Of a DNA stretch of 64,000 bases, positions 44,201 through 57,331 are shown piece by piece. Location: the NCBI GenBank assembly GCA_964035545.1, contig OZ037772.1, positions 13,266,818 to 13,330,817 of the forward strand. The letters are read 5' to 3'. The DNA is from Bugula neritina (lineage: Eukaryota; Animalia; Bryozoa). The notes under the pieces were generated by a model, which saw nothing but the letters and a program-made list of their open reading frames with translations, was not told the origin of the DNA and searched no databases. Within the stretch, counting starts at the first letter, position 1; the number at the start of each line of letters is the position of its first letter. The position numbers were made by a program, and so were the translations under genes.

Positions 44201-46963
44201 CTGTCTGACACTTAATACAATATACTATCCTGTCTGACACTTAATACAATATATTAGGCTGTCTGACACTTAATATAATATACTATCCTGTCTGACGCTT
44301 AATATAATATACTATCCTGTCTGACGCTTAATACAATATACTATACTGTCTGACACTTAATACAATATACTATCCTGTCTGACACTTAATACAATATATT
44401 ATGCTGTCTGACACTTAATACAATATGCTATCCTGTCTGACACCTAATATAATATAATATCCTGTCTGACGCTTAATACAATATACTATCCTGTCTGACA
44501 CTTAATACAATATATTATGCTGTCTGACACTTAATACATAATAATTATAAGGAAAATATTTTTTTTTTATTTCATAGAATGCAACTTCAGGCAGGAAGTG
44601 GCTTTGCACATGCCCAGCTGAGTTTACTGGCCAATTGTGTGATACAGTGGTAGGTGAGTAAACATCTCTTTATTTGATCATTAAAGATACCTGTTACCTG
44701 TATAATATATACAGTATAACATATACAGTATAATATATACAGTATAACATATACAGTATAACATATACAGTACAACATATACAGTATAACATATACAGTA
44801 TAACATATACAGTATTATATATACAGTATAACATATACAGTACAACATATACAGTATAACATATACAGTATAACATATACAGTATTATATATACAGTATA
44901 ACATATACAGTATAACATATACAGTATAACATATACAGTATAACATATACAGTATTATATATACAGTATAACATATACAGTATAACATATACAGTATTAT
45001 ATATACATGGTTATATATATACAATATTGTATTTACTATATAATATATACAGTATTGTATGTACATGGTTATATATACAGTATTGTATTTAGTTATTTGC
45101 TGTATAATATATACAGTATTATATATACAGTATTATATATACAGTATTATATATACAGTATTATATATACATGGTTATATATATACAATATTGTATTTAC
45201 TATATAATATATACAGTATTGTATGTACATGGTTATATATACAGTATTGTATTTAGTTATTTGCTGTATAATATATACAGTATTATATATACAGTATTAT
45301 ATATACAGTATTATATATACAGTATTATATATACAGTATTATATATACATGGTTATATATACAGTATTATATATACAGTATTATATATACAGTATTATAT
45401 ATACAGTATTATATATACATGGTTATATATACAGTATTATATATACAGTATTATATATACAGTATTATATATACAGTATTATATATACAGTATTATATAT
45501 ACAGTATAATATATACAGTATAATATATACAGTATAACATGTTGCAGAGAATATACTTGATGAAAACAGAGATGATATTATAGATGGACTTCAAAATAGG
45601 AAACAGTTGGTGCAAACTATTGGTAAGTCGCTGTGTGTGTTGAGGGATATAATATAATATAGTATGGTATACTATAATATATTACAGTATAATATAGTAT
45701 GGTATACTATAATATATTACAGTATAATATAGTATGATATACTATAATATATTACAGTATAATATAGTATGATATACTATAATATATTACAGTATAATAT
45801 AGTATGGTATACTATAATATTTTACAGTATAATATAGTATGATATACTATAATTTGTTACAGTATAATATAGTATGATATACTATAATATATTACAGTAT
45901 AATATAGTATGATATACTATAATATATTACAGTATAATATAGTATGGTATACTATAATATTTTACAGTATAATATAGTATGATATACTATAATTTGTTAC
46001 AGTATAATATAGTATGATATACTATAATATATTACAGTATAATATAGTATGGTATACTATAATATATTACAGTATAATATAGTATGGTATACTATAATAT
46101 ATTACAGTATAATATAGTATGGTATACTATAATATTTTACAGTATAATATAGTATGATACACTATAATATATTACAGTATAATATAGTATGATATACTAT
46201 AATATGTTACAGTATAATATAGTATGGTATACTATAATATATTACAGTATAATATAGTATGGTATACTATAATATGTTACAGCATAATATAGTATAAATT
46301 ACAATATGTTTGCCAACAGGGGGAGTGCTGATTGCCGTGGTTACAATTGTCTTTGGCTTCGCTACTTACTACTTCATAAAGAATTATGGGAATGCAAAAG
46401 TTGCAGACGGGAGAGCATTTCAGCGAAATCAACAAAGGCTAGGTATATATTACTTTATTGTATTACTGTATTATAATAATATATTGTATTACTATATTAT
46501 ATTACTATATTATATTACTGTGTTGTGTTATATTGCTTTATTATACTACTACATTATACACAGTTAAGTGTATGTTACTGTATATATTATATATTACTAC
46601 AATACATTGCTACGTTAGTTATATATAATTTATATAATATGATCCCATGTAAGGTATAAATAATCAAATTGCAACATTATATTAGGTATATACTATACTA
46701 TATTATATTATATGAAGTATATATAATACATCATACTATTATAGTATTTTACCTGTTATGTGATTGGTAAATTATAAAACAATGCTAGTAATAATTAGGA
46801 ATAATGATTTATTTATAATACATAAATTATAAGAAAAAATAATATATTCATAATATATAAATTAGAACTACTTAATAATATATAATTCATATTATATGAG
46901 TTGAAAGTGAAAATATATTTATTGCATTTTGTGACAGAACCGCCCAGTGCAGATCCCTTTTAA
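38275..46963 (+). CDS. Uncharacterised membrane protein with two hydrophobic segments flanking an NHL-like beta-propeller region and an EGF-like domain, 12 exons, ~843 aa
   Basis: Exons 38275-39130, 39483-39668, 40167-40352, 40644-40776, 41734-42006, 42878-43086, 43215-43412, 43684-43874, 44578-44653, 45548-45622, 46320-46442, 46938-46963; 2532 nt in frame. TM1 FATIFVVVMIFFIILVATLF; NHL-like GMAVKHDGSELYISDTHNDAIR; EGF PCLNGGIC..WLCTCPAEFTGQLCD; TM2 GVLIAVVTIVFGFATYYFI. Confidence 0.8.
40785..41718. repeat. 21-24-bp intronic minisatellite
   Basis: Unit TATACTGTATAACTATAGTA(A/T). Confidence 0.9.
42012..42855. repeat. 12-bp intronic minisatellite
   Basis: Unit TGTAGTGTGTAC. Confidence 0.9.
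43895..44537. repeat. 29-bp intronic minisatellite
   Basis: Unit TGTCTGACACTTAATACAATATACTATCC. Confidence 0.9.
44700..45540. repeat. 14-16-bp intronic minisatellite
   Basis: ATATACAGTATAAC / ATATACAGTATTAT units. Confidence 0.9.
45650..46295. repeat. 35-bp intronic minisatellite
   Basis: Unit ACAGTATAATATAGTATGGTATACTATAATATATT. Confidence 0.9.
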
Positions 46964-47547
46964 TTACTGCAAGAGTTACTCAAATATTACACACAGATAT
47001 TACACACAGATATTACACACAGATATTACACACAGATATTACACACAGATATTACACACAGATATTACACACAGATATTACAAGGATATTATACACAGAT
47101 ATTACACACATATATTACACGAAGATATTACACGGATATTATACGCGGATATTACAAGGATATTACACACATATATTACACACAGATGTTACAAGGATAA
47201 GACAAGACTACTTCATTTATGATTGTGTATTTAAAGCAAGTAGTTGTAATTACTAGAAGCTCTTTCATTAGAATTCACGTATCAGTACTGTTATTGCTTC
47301 ATCAGTCTTTAATACTACTTTTAATTAATTCCTGTGTTACAGCTTTAGTTTGTTATAGCAATGATATAATATGTTTTAAATGTAAATAATTGATTATAAT
47401 TACGTCGTACCTTTAAAATGTAAAGTGTAAAATAAAGTGGAATTCCAATCTTTGCATACATATAATTTTAACGATCTATTCACAGCAATACGGCGTTACT
47501 ATATATACACTGCAGTCTGCAGCTCACTAGCCTTAAGTTCCCTTATG

Positions 47548-47572
47548 TATGACGCACCAATCACGTGACCTG
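47548..47572 (+). promoter_or_regulatory. Promoter-like cluster TGACG + CCAAT + CACGTG
   Basis: ATGACGCACCAATCACGTGACC upstream of a donor CAG|GTAAAG at ~47750; further tandem CACGTGATCAG motifs at ~49447-49485. Confidence 0.35.
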
Positions 47573-47869
47573 CTCTGGACGACTTGACGCAGTAGCTGCA
47601 GAGTCAGACGGACTGACCACGCTGAGGATGTTCACATTCTTTAAATATTCACTCATCAGACATGCATATTTATATTTGGCAACTGTTCCAATTTTCAACA
47701 AAAGAGGTGTCAACTTGTGCTAAATTTAACTTTCAAACTCATACATGCCAGGTAAAGTTTTAATTGAACGTGATCGTGTCTTAAGAGAAAGAGTTGTGAG
47801 TATCCCTGAGTAATTTTCGCCTCTCACTTTATGGCGGTCGTATAAAGTTCTTTTAAGTATGATGAAAAA

Positions 47870-48015
47870 TGGAATATTCAGTTTAAGCTGCTGTAACTAA
47901 AACAAGTTAGGTTTCTGATTCAAAGAAATTTCTTTCCTGGTTCTGTAGACTATGTCGATTTTGTCATGATAAAAATTTTCAATACTCTAGATTTTACAGT
48001 CTATAATTTATCTCA
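47870..48015 (+). repeat. Short fourth copy of part of the duplicated unit
   Basis: GAATATTCAGTTTAAGCTGCTGTAACTA..CAAAGAAATTTCTTT..GGTTCTGTAGACTATG..AATACTCTAGATTTTA matches ~49997-50130. Confidence 0.7.
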
Positions 48016-48844
48016 TACATACATACATACATACATAAATACTTCACTATTGGGGTGTATGTTCGTAGTTTGGAGATTGGGTTTAAGGTGAGGATTTTGG
48101 GTTCCAGAGTTTGAGGGTGGGGATTTGAGTTAGTAGGTGAGAGTTTAGGGTGAAGGGTTTGGGGTTTGATTTTGGGAACATTTAAAATCAGTGTGCCATT
48201 TTTACCTACTTTTTTATTTATGCCATTGTTACCATTTTACATACGCCAGTTTTACCTAAAATCATTCTAGGTTTCAACAATTGCAACCGACACATAGCAG
48301 ACAAAGCAGAGTTTTGGTGCCATCCAATACCACCTTACCATGTCAGGTATAATTCTTGTCAATTCAAAGTAAAGAGCAATTGCCTCAACCTGCAGAGTGG
48401 TCAAGAATAGGGCCAGGCTTGCACAAAAGCATAAACTGCAGCCATTACATTCATAACTGAACTGGCTTGTGTTTTATAACATAATAATAACAATAATATA
48501 ACTATGATAATTATACAATATGCAAATATAATATAACGAAATACATTGCATTGAATTATATATCATCATTATGTCAGTCATACAACTTCTTCGCTTTTCG
48601 AAAAGGGAGAAATTAATAGTCAACATTTAGGAAAGAGGGGGGGGGGGAGAATAGTTTCTCTAAGTCACCTATTCAATTTCTTTATGTCTCTTTGCGATGT
48701 TAATTTGTGTTTCTCTTTTTGATAGTTAATTTAGCATAGTCTATCTTCTTTTCCTGTTTATTTTGCCCTAAACATGATTGAAAATATGTTGTGGTGGGTT
48801 TTACTGATTTTGAGTATCGTAAACTCACCGAGTAATATATATAT

Positions 48845-49294
48845 TGTAGCCTTGGGGTAAGCTCAGTGTCGGTGTGCAGTTGCGGGTTAATAGCTTGGCT
48901 GCGAGGTAACTCCAGCTCCTGTCCGTCTGGTAGGGGTGAAGTTGAGACTCCGGGTTAGAGTAGTTGGCTGGTGGTGCTCCTCCGTCTATGGTCCTGAGCT
49001 AGCACTCACAAACGTACTCTAACACATCCTAATTGGGTTGCAAATTTCTATATAAATATTTTCAATCGTTCTTCAATCAGTCTCAAGTCTCTCATTCCCC
49101 CATTTGCACTAGGTTATATAGCTACGACACTCACACAAGCCACACCCACGCTATAAGTAATATTAATGTCAAACTTAGAGTTGTGCACCCCACACACATG
49201 CAACAACAAGAGATGACAACTACACATATTTATAATACTTATAAATGCTGCTTAAATTAAGGGGACAAATTTTTAAAAGTATTTGATTGCTACA
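48845..49294 (-). mobile_element. Solo LTR (~450 bp)
   Basis: TGTAGC...GCTACA inverted termini; flanks TATAT/TCTAT (4/5 TSD match); TATA-like motif on the minus strand; GC-richer than its flanks; homologous fragment at ~1205-1312. Confidence 0.65.
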
Positions 49295-49519
49295 TCTATG
49301 TTTTCCCTTCATTAGATTCTGAAACTTGAAGCACTAAAATTAGCGTACATTTTCTTTGCTGCATACAGATCACTGATTTGGTAATGCCATTGGAACCTTC
49401 AGGGTGATGATGAGTCATGAAATATAACACATGGCGCAGCAATTGTCACGTGATCAGTTACAGATGACTGAGCACGTGATCAGTTACAGACGACTGAGCC
49501 CGTTTGCTGCGCTGTCATT

Positions 49520-52500
49520 AGTAAGTTGCTCAACTGAAACTGTCATTGCACGAAGGTAATCCTTTATAATTTAGCATTTTATTTAATATTTTTTACTAAC
49601 CTTTTACTGACTGTTTTTGTATTTATTCATAGGCTTGGAATTCACATTGAATATTGTATTTAATTGATAGGTTACTACCCATTTCTAGTCAATTTGATTC
49701 TGCAGTCATTTGAGCAGATGCAACTGCAAAGCTTATAATAAACTTCAATTTAGCTTAGCTTCAAGTTGGCTTAATTTCAACAAAACTTTTGCCCTGTTCT
49801 TCTCTGGTCTGTTGAATTACGCTACAAAATCAATACTACGAATAATAGTATAATTGAAATCAAATGTTTTAAATTTTTTCACTGTAGCCTTACCAGTACA
49901 ATCAAGTTGAACTTATGCCCAATGGTTTCATTTGTTTGACTTTATTTCAGTTACATACTCATCATGGTCATAATCATTCCTCGGAATTGACAAGTTGAAT
50001 ATTCAGTTTAAGCTGCTGTAACTATAAAAGCAAGTTATGTTTCTGGTTCAAAGAAATTTCTTTTCTGGTTCTGTAGACTATGTTTATTTTATCACGATGT
50101 AAATTTCCAATACTCTAGATTTTAGAGCCTATGCCTATATGAGTTGTCTCATACATGTCTGTCATTTATTCAAAAAATTTAATTTGTCAAATGTCTTTTT
50201 GTTTTTTAGAATGTCTCCAAGCAGCTCAGATATTCACACATTAGAGAACATATGGTCTACACCAGGAAGATAGGACCTAGCCAACTGTGGTCAGTTCTGA
50301 GAGCCCCATTTTGGTTATGATTAGGTATTTATTATTTATGATAACTTACTGTGTTTTCAATTTTACAGGATTACAGGGAAAGAATTATCTTGTACTTCTT
50401 GTATTTTTCTTGATAACTGATGTCCATAATTCATGTATATCTATTTCTGTTTGAAGTGGTAGTAACAATGTTATGGTTTATTTATTATTTTAGCCTTGTT
50501 AACTCCAAGTCTTGTGAATTTGTTCAAGTTAATCACTTGTAGTCAGTAGACTAGTATCTCAGCTCTGCAAACATTTACTATTAACTAATTAAAATAAAAT
50601 GTTTTATATATTAAGGTAGTTTAGAATATTCCTTGTCTGTTTTGTAGTTGTGTTTAACCACATGCAGATAGAAGTCACCTTGCTATCAAGACCAGTTTTA
50701 TATCCATGAGATGCTCACAAGCCGACATGTAGAAGTTGCCTTCTCTCTGTGTTTAATTCATCAAAACCTTCCATTGGTTCAGGTATGTGTCTAAATGAAT
50801 TGTTTATTGTAACAATATTTACTCTTTCCCTGTGTTATGTGCTATTAGATATTAGCATTCATAAAGCTACTACCAGTGCACGGCAATGAGGTGAAATCAG
50901 TTGACCCATGATATCTGCTCCTTACTTACATTCTAGCTCCTAGGGGATAGCTACTCTCATAAATGATGTTAGATTCAGCTTTTTCTACCTTCCCTTGGAC
51001 AAAGTTTGATTTAAGATAAGCATAACAAGCGTTACTACTCAAATAGTGAAGCATGTGCTTTTGATAAAAGTGGCAATATAATTGTATAAAGTGTAGAATA
51101 TATAACTTTGGAAAGTTGTGCACATAGAACTGTATAGAGTGATGATTAAAATGCAACTGTGTGAGTGGGGTACATAAAATATTCATACTATATGTCCTGT
51201 TAGCTATGCAATCCACTGTGGATTGATTTTGCAGTGTAACACTTGGCTGTTTTTCTGCTTTTAGTTTTAAAAAATTATGGCTGTTTATTTCATTTAAGAA
51301 TTTCCAAACATGTTTCTAATAAAAGTTAAAACAGCTCATTGTAATACCTCTTGCAAACCTTACCCAGCTTTAGCTATGTATGTAACCTTCCTGGCTCAAA
51401 CTCAGTGCTGGTTTGTTTCACTTACAGGTTACTGATGGCTGCTTCATAATGTTCCTTCTGGATGTTTAGTTATCAGTTGGAGTTGTTTGATCTTTGCTTG
51501 ACCTGAGCTGTTTTCAGACTGAGGTGAACTGCATACTACTCTATTTGCAGTGTGAGGTTAGCTGGTTATTATACCTTTTGCATGTCTAATTTTTTAGTAG
51601 TGTGTTGGAATGTTTTGTATCTGTATCAGCTGTGATGTAAAGTATAGGCTTAATTTCTGTCAACATAAAACATATTATAGCCAGGAGAATATAAGCTCAG
51701 TAGAAGTGAAAATATATGCATCTTCTCCTTGTTTGTCTGAATTTCAATACAAAATTTAACTGAAGAAATGAGAAATCAGCACATGATTAGAATTTTATTT
51801 TAAGATTTTACTTTTTACGGTAATGAAATCATTGCCTTCATTGAAAACCATCAATAAGTAATTTATTTGACTTTGGAATTGTTTAAGCTGTTTCATGTAA
51901 ATGCTATAACCACACCTTATTCCAATTAAATGAGCACTCTTCAATCATATTTATTGTTTTGTCAATTTATTGCTAGTTGTGTGAAAACCTCTTATTAAAT
52001 AATATAAGTTTACATAGTGCTATGCTTGCTTCTGGTAAGAAAATGAAGTCTGGTTTTCATTTTAGATATTTTATTATGGTTCTGTCAACAAATCATGTTT
52101 TTTATTTAAATAATTATGACATTCTTCTATACATCTATACATAAATAAGAATATGAATTTTCTTTTGTACTTCTCCATTTTGCTTCTGTCGCTTTCTTTA
52201 CCACTGTTATATAAATTAGGCATTTTATTTCATTGTTTTTCATGATATGCGACTCTGCTTAAATATAGACTGCTTTCTTCTTGCAGTAACTGGTGTGATG
52301 GTCACATGGTCAGCTACTAGACAACCAACCAATTGGGTATAAAGTTAGACGAAGTCATTCTAGATTATTCTTCACATGTGTCAGCTGGATGAGCTATATT
52401 GAGGTAATTCCTGTTGTTTTTAATATATAGAGATATTTATTGTAGCAGTCTAAAAGAAAGTAGCAAAGTGAAAACAGTTACATCATAAGTTGTAAGCGTA

Positions 52501-54114
52501 GTTGCAGCAAGAAGCAAGCGTAAAGATAGGTGAAAATGCTAGGTTGTTATACCAGTCAAAAAGGCCAGCTATATTTTGTTATAGTAGCCGTAATTAGTGT
52601 GGAAAAATTGTAATATATAGCTTGCATAGCTGTAATAATACATGAAAAGCTATAATGCATTAGGGAAAAACTTTCCCAACTTATGTAAAATCCCAACAAG
52701 TTAAGTATATAAGTATAACATGATTCCATAATTAAACTACTTATAGAATTATTCGGAAATTTTTAATTAATCACAATTCAACCAGTAAACAGTTTCAAAC
52801 TTTTCATCGAGTTGTATTTACAAGAATTACTAATAAAAGTTGCACTAAGGTTAAACTGATATATATTATTTTACTTCTCTGTGAGTGGATATGACTTGGA
52901 TGTTTTATGTGCCTCAACTTTACCTGATTATACATACCTGTGGTGGTTGATGTCTACTTTTATATCATAATTATATTATTTTACCCTATCAGCTAAATAT
53001 TCCAATTTTAAATTACTATAGGGAATAGGTTTTAGCAGTAGCAGCTTAATTTAGCCAAAGTCTCACATAACTTAACTATATACCTCTGGTATTATGCATT
53101 ATACAATATACTTATTTTCTGAAGTCTCTAAAACTAGTTTTTGATGCTTCAACTAAATTTTGTTGCTTTAAAGTCACTTTTATTGTGGATGTCTGCTTTG
53201 ATTTCTCTATATAATTGTTGGTGTGCCATGCATGGGTTTTAAAGCTGTAAACACTGTTTTACGTTTCACAAGATATATATTATTGTATCCTATATTATCA
53301 TGATATGTTAGTTATAAAAAAATTTCACTTGTCAAAAAGTGGTGATTTATATAGTTGATAGTCATGAAAGGGGGGAATATTAGGAAAAGGTTGGGAATTT
53401 GTGTGTTATATGTTTCTACTGCACTTTAAGGGAGAAAATATGTTGTCCGCATCAACTATCCTGCATAACCCATTGGCTGTTGACATTTGGGCATACATGC
53501 TTTTACAGATACACTGTATAAGGCTTGAAAGTTGTTGGGACAGTACATGAGCAGGGAAAGCTTTTGTTGAATCATTACAGCATTAGTTGTATCAACATAG
53601 CTATAATGTTAGCTACATTATGCTATGTTAGCTACAGTAGCTACATTATGTTTTCCTCTGTTGTGTTATTTGCTTGTGTACAGCTATTTTGGCTATTTCA
53701 GAAAAAAGCTATTTTCTAGACTAATATAAACCCTGCACTTTCAGCTCTCTCTTCATTCAGTCTTTGGAAACCCACATCTCTCTTCAAGCAATATTTAGAA
53801 ATGCTCATCTTTCATCTAAAGGTTTTACAGCACCAAAAGGTTACAGTACTGGCACGACTATATGTGGGATAATATATAAGGTAAGTTTCATTTTTTGATG
53901 CACACAATTTATTTGTTAAAGATTAGTTGATAAATTCAGTTTGAGACAAAGTTGTCAGTGGATTATAGGTGTTATGTTCAACAATTGTTATGGCCATAAT
54001 AAAAGTAGGAAATGTTAGTTTCGAAGTATTGAGTTTACACAACTACCACCTTTAAATTGTGTTTTAGGATGGAATTACCCTTGGGGTGGATACCAGGGCT
54101 ACACAATATACTGT
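49520..54114 (+). other. Duplicated spliced unit, copy A (putative lncRNA / captured-exon chimera)
   Basis: Exon-like AG..GT blocks near 50210-50324, 50648-50782, 52288-52403, 53745/53799-53880 and 54068-; the non-PSMB7 blocks have stops in all sense frames. Colinear with the reverse complement of 57003-61595 and 62005-63560. Confidence 0.6.
53799..54114 (+). pseudogene. PSMB7: Unprocessed proteasome beta-2 subunit (PSMB7) fragment, copy A
   Basis: Exon 53799-53880 [31 protein letters not shown] intron, then 54068- DGITLGVDTRAT, truncated and fused to unrelated sequence. Matches PSMB7 [24 protein letters not shown]. Confidence 0.85.
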
Positions 54115-55233
54115 GTGTCAGTTTGAGACGGAGGGAACACACCAGTGAGGACTACAGCTGTCGTCTCTACCCCTTCACCTGTGCTACAAGTGGTGAGACA
54201 GCACTGCTCCTATAAAACTATTGATACACCTACTTATTTTTTTTCTTGAACTAGAACAGGCCATTCCACCACTAGTAGTTATTGCTAATTCAATTGCAAA
54301 GCTAGAATGGCTCGGCTATATAGCAGGCTACAATAGTTAGCTATTAAGCCATTAAAGAATAGCCTTTATTTTAAGCTATTTATAGCAAGCAGATGACAAA
54401 TACAATTATAATTATAGTAATCAGTATTCTATTATAAGGCATAGACCCATAAGGTAGCTATTTTGTATTGCATTATATTCAAATTTTGTTCTTTTGATAG
54501 TTTATAGTGTTGTAGCTTCACTGAATAATGATATTATGTGTTTCACTGCCGTCAGTTGGCCATAAATGTATTAAATAGTTGACAACAATAGGTTTCACTG
54601 ATAGTAAAGGTTGGTCCCCTAGAAATAAACCAGAGCTGGTGGAGACTGTCTTATATTATTTTGTTTGTAGAATCAATCTAGTCCTCAAGTACCCCTGCCT
54701 GCTGCACATAGTTTACGCCAACAGTTCCAGTGTCAACTCAGCAGTTGCTTTTCATTTGTCAGCCGATCAGATTTGCTGGAGTGAAGAACAAATATATTGA
54801 GCCATTGATCCTAGCTGCAAAGTGATAAAACAGGTGCCTTGTTTCAAGACCTGTAGGAGCCTTATGTTACAAAAGATATATTGGCATGAACTCACAAATC
54901 TTCTTTTACAATGTTATGTACCATTGCAACAGTAATTATTTTATACTAATTTAACTGTTTTTTATTATCCATGCATAAATGCATTGCCCTGCAACAATAA
55001 ACTGATGATTAAACTGACTAATATCACTAGATTTTTTGATATATTTCATTCTAGTATGCAATTTATCCAGGCTACTACTTTCATACATTTTATTGTATTT
55101 ATTACAAGAACTTTTATGGTGTTTTTACAAGGTATTTTATTTGCAAAAATAAATTCTACAGTGGCAGGTGGCCTTGTGCGTGATATGGTTCTTTTTGTGA
55201 GACTCCAAGACGTTTTGTCTGCAAAAAACAAAA

Positions 55234-56456
55234 TAGTCTTTTTTTAGTCTTTTTTTAGTCTTTTTTTAGTCTTTTTTTAGTCTTTTTTTAGTCTTTTTTT
55301 AGTCTTTTTTTAGTCTTTTTTTAGTCTTTTTTTAGTCTTTTTTTAGTCTTTTTTTAGTCTTTTTTTAGTCTTTTTTTAGTCTTTTTTTAGTCTTTTTTTA
55401 GTCTTTTTTTAGTCTTTTTTTAGTCTTTTTTTAGTCTTTTTTTAGTCTTTTTTTAGTCTTTTTTTAGTCTTTTTTTAGTCTTTTTTTAGTCTTTTTTTAG
55501 TCTTTTTTTAGTCTTTTTTTAGTCTTTTTTTAGTCTTTTTTTAGTCTTTTTTTAGTCTTTTTTTAGTCTTTTTTTAGTCTTTTTTTAGTCTTTTTTTAGT
55601 CTTTTTTTAGTCTTTTTTTAGTCTTTTTTTAGTCTTTTTTTAGTCTTTTTTTAGTCTTTTTTTAGTCTTTTTTTAGTCTTTTTTTAGTCTTTTTTTAGTC
55701 TTTTTTTAGTCTTAGTCTTTTTTTAGTCTTTTTTTAGTCTTAGTCTTTTTTTAGTCTTTTTTTAGTCTTAGTCTTTTTTTAGTCTTTTTTTAGTCTTAGT
55801 CTTTTTTTAGTCTTTTTTTAGTCTTAGTCTTTTTTTAGTCTTAGTCTTTTTTTAGTCTTTTTTTAGTCTTTTTTTAGTCTTTTTTTAGTCTTAGTCTTAG
55901 TCTTTTTTTAGTCTTAGTCTTAGTCTTTTTTTAGTCTTAGTCTTAGTCTTTTTTTAGTCTTAGTCTTAGTCTTAGTCTTAGTCTTAGTATTCTTAGTCTT
56001 AGTCTTAGTCTTAGTATTCTTAGTCTTAGTCTTAGTCTTAGTATTCTTAGTCTTAGTCTTAGTCTTAGTCTTAGTCTTAGTCTTAGTCTTAGTCTTAGTC
56101 TTAGTCTTAGTCTTAGTCTTAGTCTTAGTCTTAGTCTTAGTCTTAGTCTTAGTCTTAGTCTTAGTCTTAGTCTTAGTCTTAGTCTTAGTCTTAGTCTTAG
56201 TCTTAGTCTTAGTCTTAGTCTTAGTCTTAGTCTTAGTCTTAGTCTTAGTCTTAGTCTTAGTCTTAGTCTTAGTCTTAGTCTTAGTCTTAGTCTTAGTCTT
56301 AGTCTTAGTCTTAGTCTTAGTCTTAGTCTTAGTCTTAGTCTTAGTCTTAGTCTTAGTCTTAGTCTTAGTCTTAGTCTTAGTCTTAGTCTTAGTCTTAGTC
56401 TTAGTCTTAGTCTTAGTCTTAGTCTTAGTCTTAGTCTTAGTCTTAGTCTTAGTCTT
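55234..56456. repeat. Compound array (TTTTTTTAGTC)n grading into (TTAGTC)n
   Basis: Pure 11-mer to ~55710, mixed to ~55955, then 6-mer to 56456. Confidence 0.95.
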
Positions 56457-56579
56457 CATACATGTATATAAAAAAGGAAAAGAAAAAAATTGCCTTGACA
56501 TGTGAACAGAGAAGTGCATTAAGAAAGGGGAACAGAATGGAAAAGGTTGGTAAACACTGCACTAACCTCTCCTGTATTC

Positions 56580-57331
56580 AGTTTGTTTTATCTGATGTAA
56601 TCTTTGTGTAACGCAGAGGTCAATGTGGGAACCCGGGCCCAGGTCATTAAATATTCCGACAGCAGCTTCTTCACTGGCTCAAACTACAAAAGTTTCAAGA
56701 GTTTAGAGAGGAAAGCAAACTGGAGAACCAAAACTATGTTCGGAAAGAGAAAAGTGAACTGCTTTAAGAGGACAGCAAACAGGACAATAAAGAGAAGAGA
56801 ACAGGAAAACAAAGTTACTAGAATGATTTCAAGCACTTACATGTTCAGTTTCTATTCATTCTCAAAGATGGCCATAGCAATTAGGGAGCAGGACATTACG
56901 GTACGTACGTCAGAGGATCCATGAGAGCATATGGTGGAGAGTTTGGGGCCTGTAGGGTCCACTCCAAGAAGTAGCGACTAAAGACAGCATGCCAGCTTAT
57001 CAACAGTATCTTCTGTAGCCCTGGTATCCATGCCCAGGATAACTCCATCCTAAAACACAGTTTAGAGATATAAGTTGTGTAAACTCAATACTTTGCAACT
57101 AACAATTCCTATTTTTATTATGGCCCTAACAATTGTTGAACAATAATAGCAAACACCTAATCCACAAACAACTTTGTCTCAAACTGAATTTATTAACTAT
57201 TTTTCAACAAATAAATTATGTGCATCAACAAATGAAAAATGAAACTTACCTTATATATTATCCCACATATAGTCGTGCCAGTACTGTAACCTTTTGGTGC
57301 TGTAAAACCTTTAGATGAAAGATGAGCATTT
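56580..57331 (-). pseudogene. PSMB7: Unprocessed, internally deleted PSMB7 pseudogene, copy B
   Basis: 57331-57250 ..[14 protein letters not shown]; 57049- DGVILGMDTRATEDTV; deletion; LLGVDPTGPKLSTICSHGSSD..SLIAMAIFENE* (stop); intron; 56683- ..AVGIFNDLGPGSHIDLCV. Four recognisable PSMB7 blocks with deletions and stops. Confidence 0.9.

Noticed and set aside
50210-52403. snoRNA, miRNA or selenoprotein reading of the non-coding exons
   Set aside because: No convincing C/D or H/ACA boxes or long hairpins by eye; the stops include TAA and TAG, not only TGA. A covariance-model scan is needed to exclude fully.
55234-56456. True telomere
   Set aside because: Interstitial, not the TTAGGG consensus, and not G-rich.
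55920-56519. Poly-(KT) ORF
   Set aside because: Translation of (GACTAA)n.
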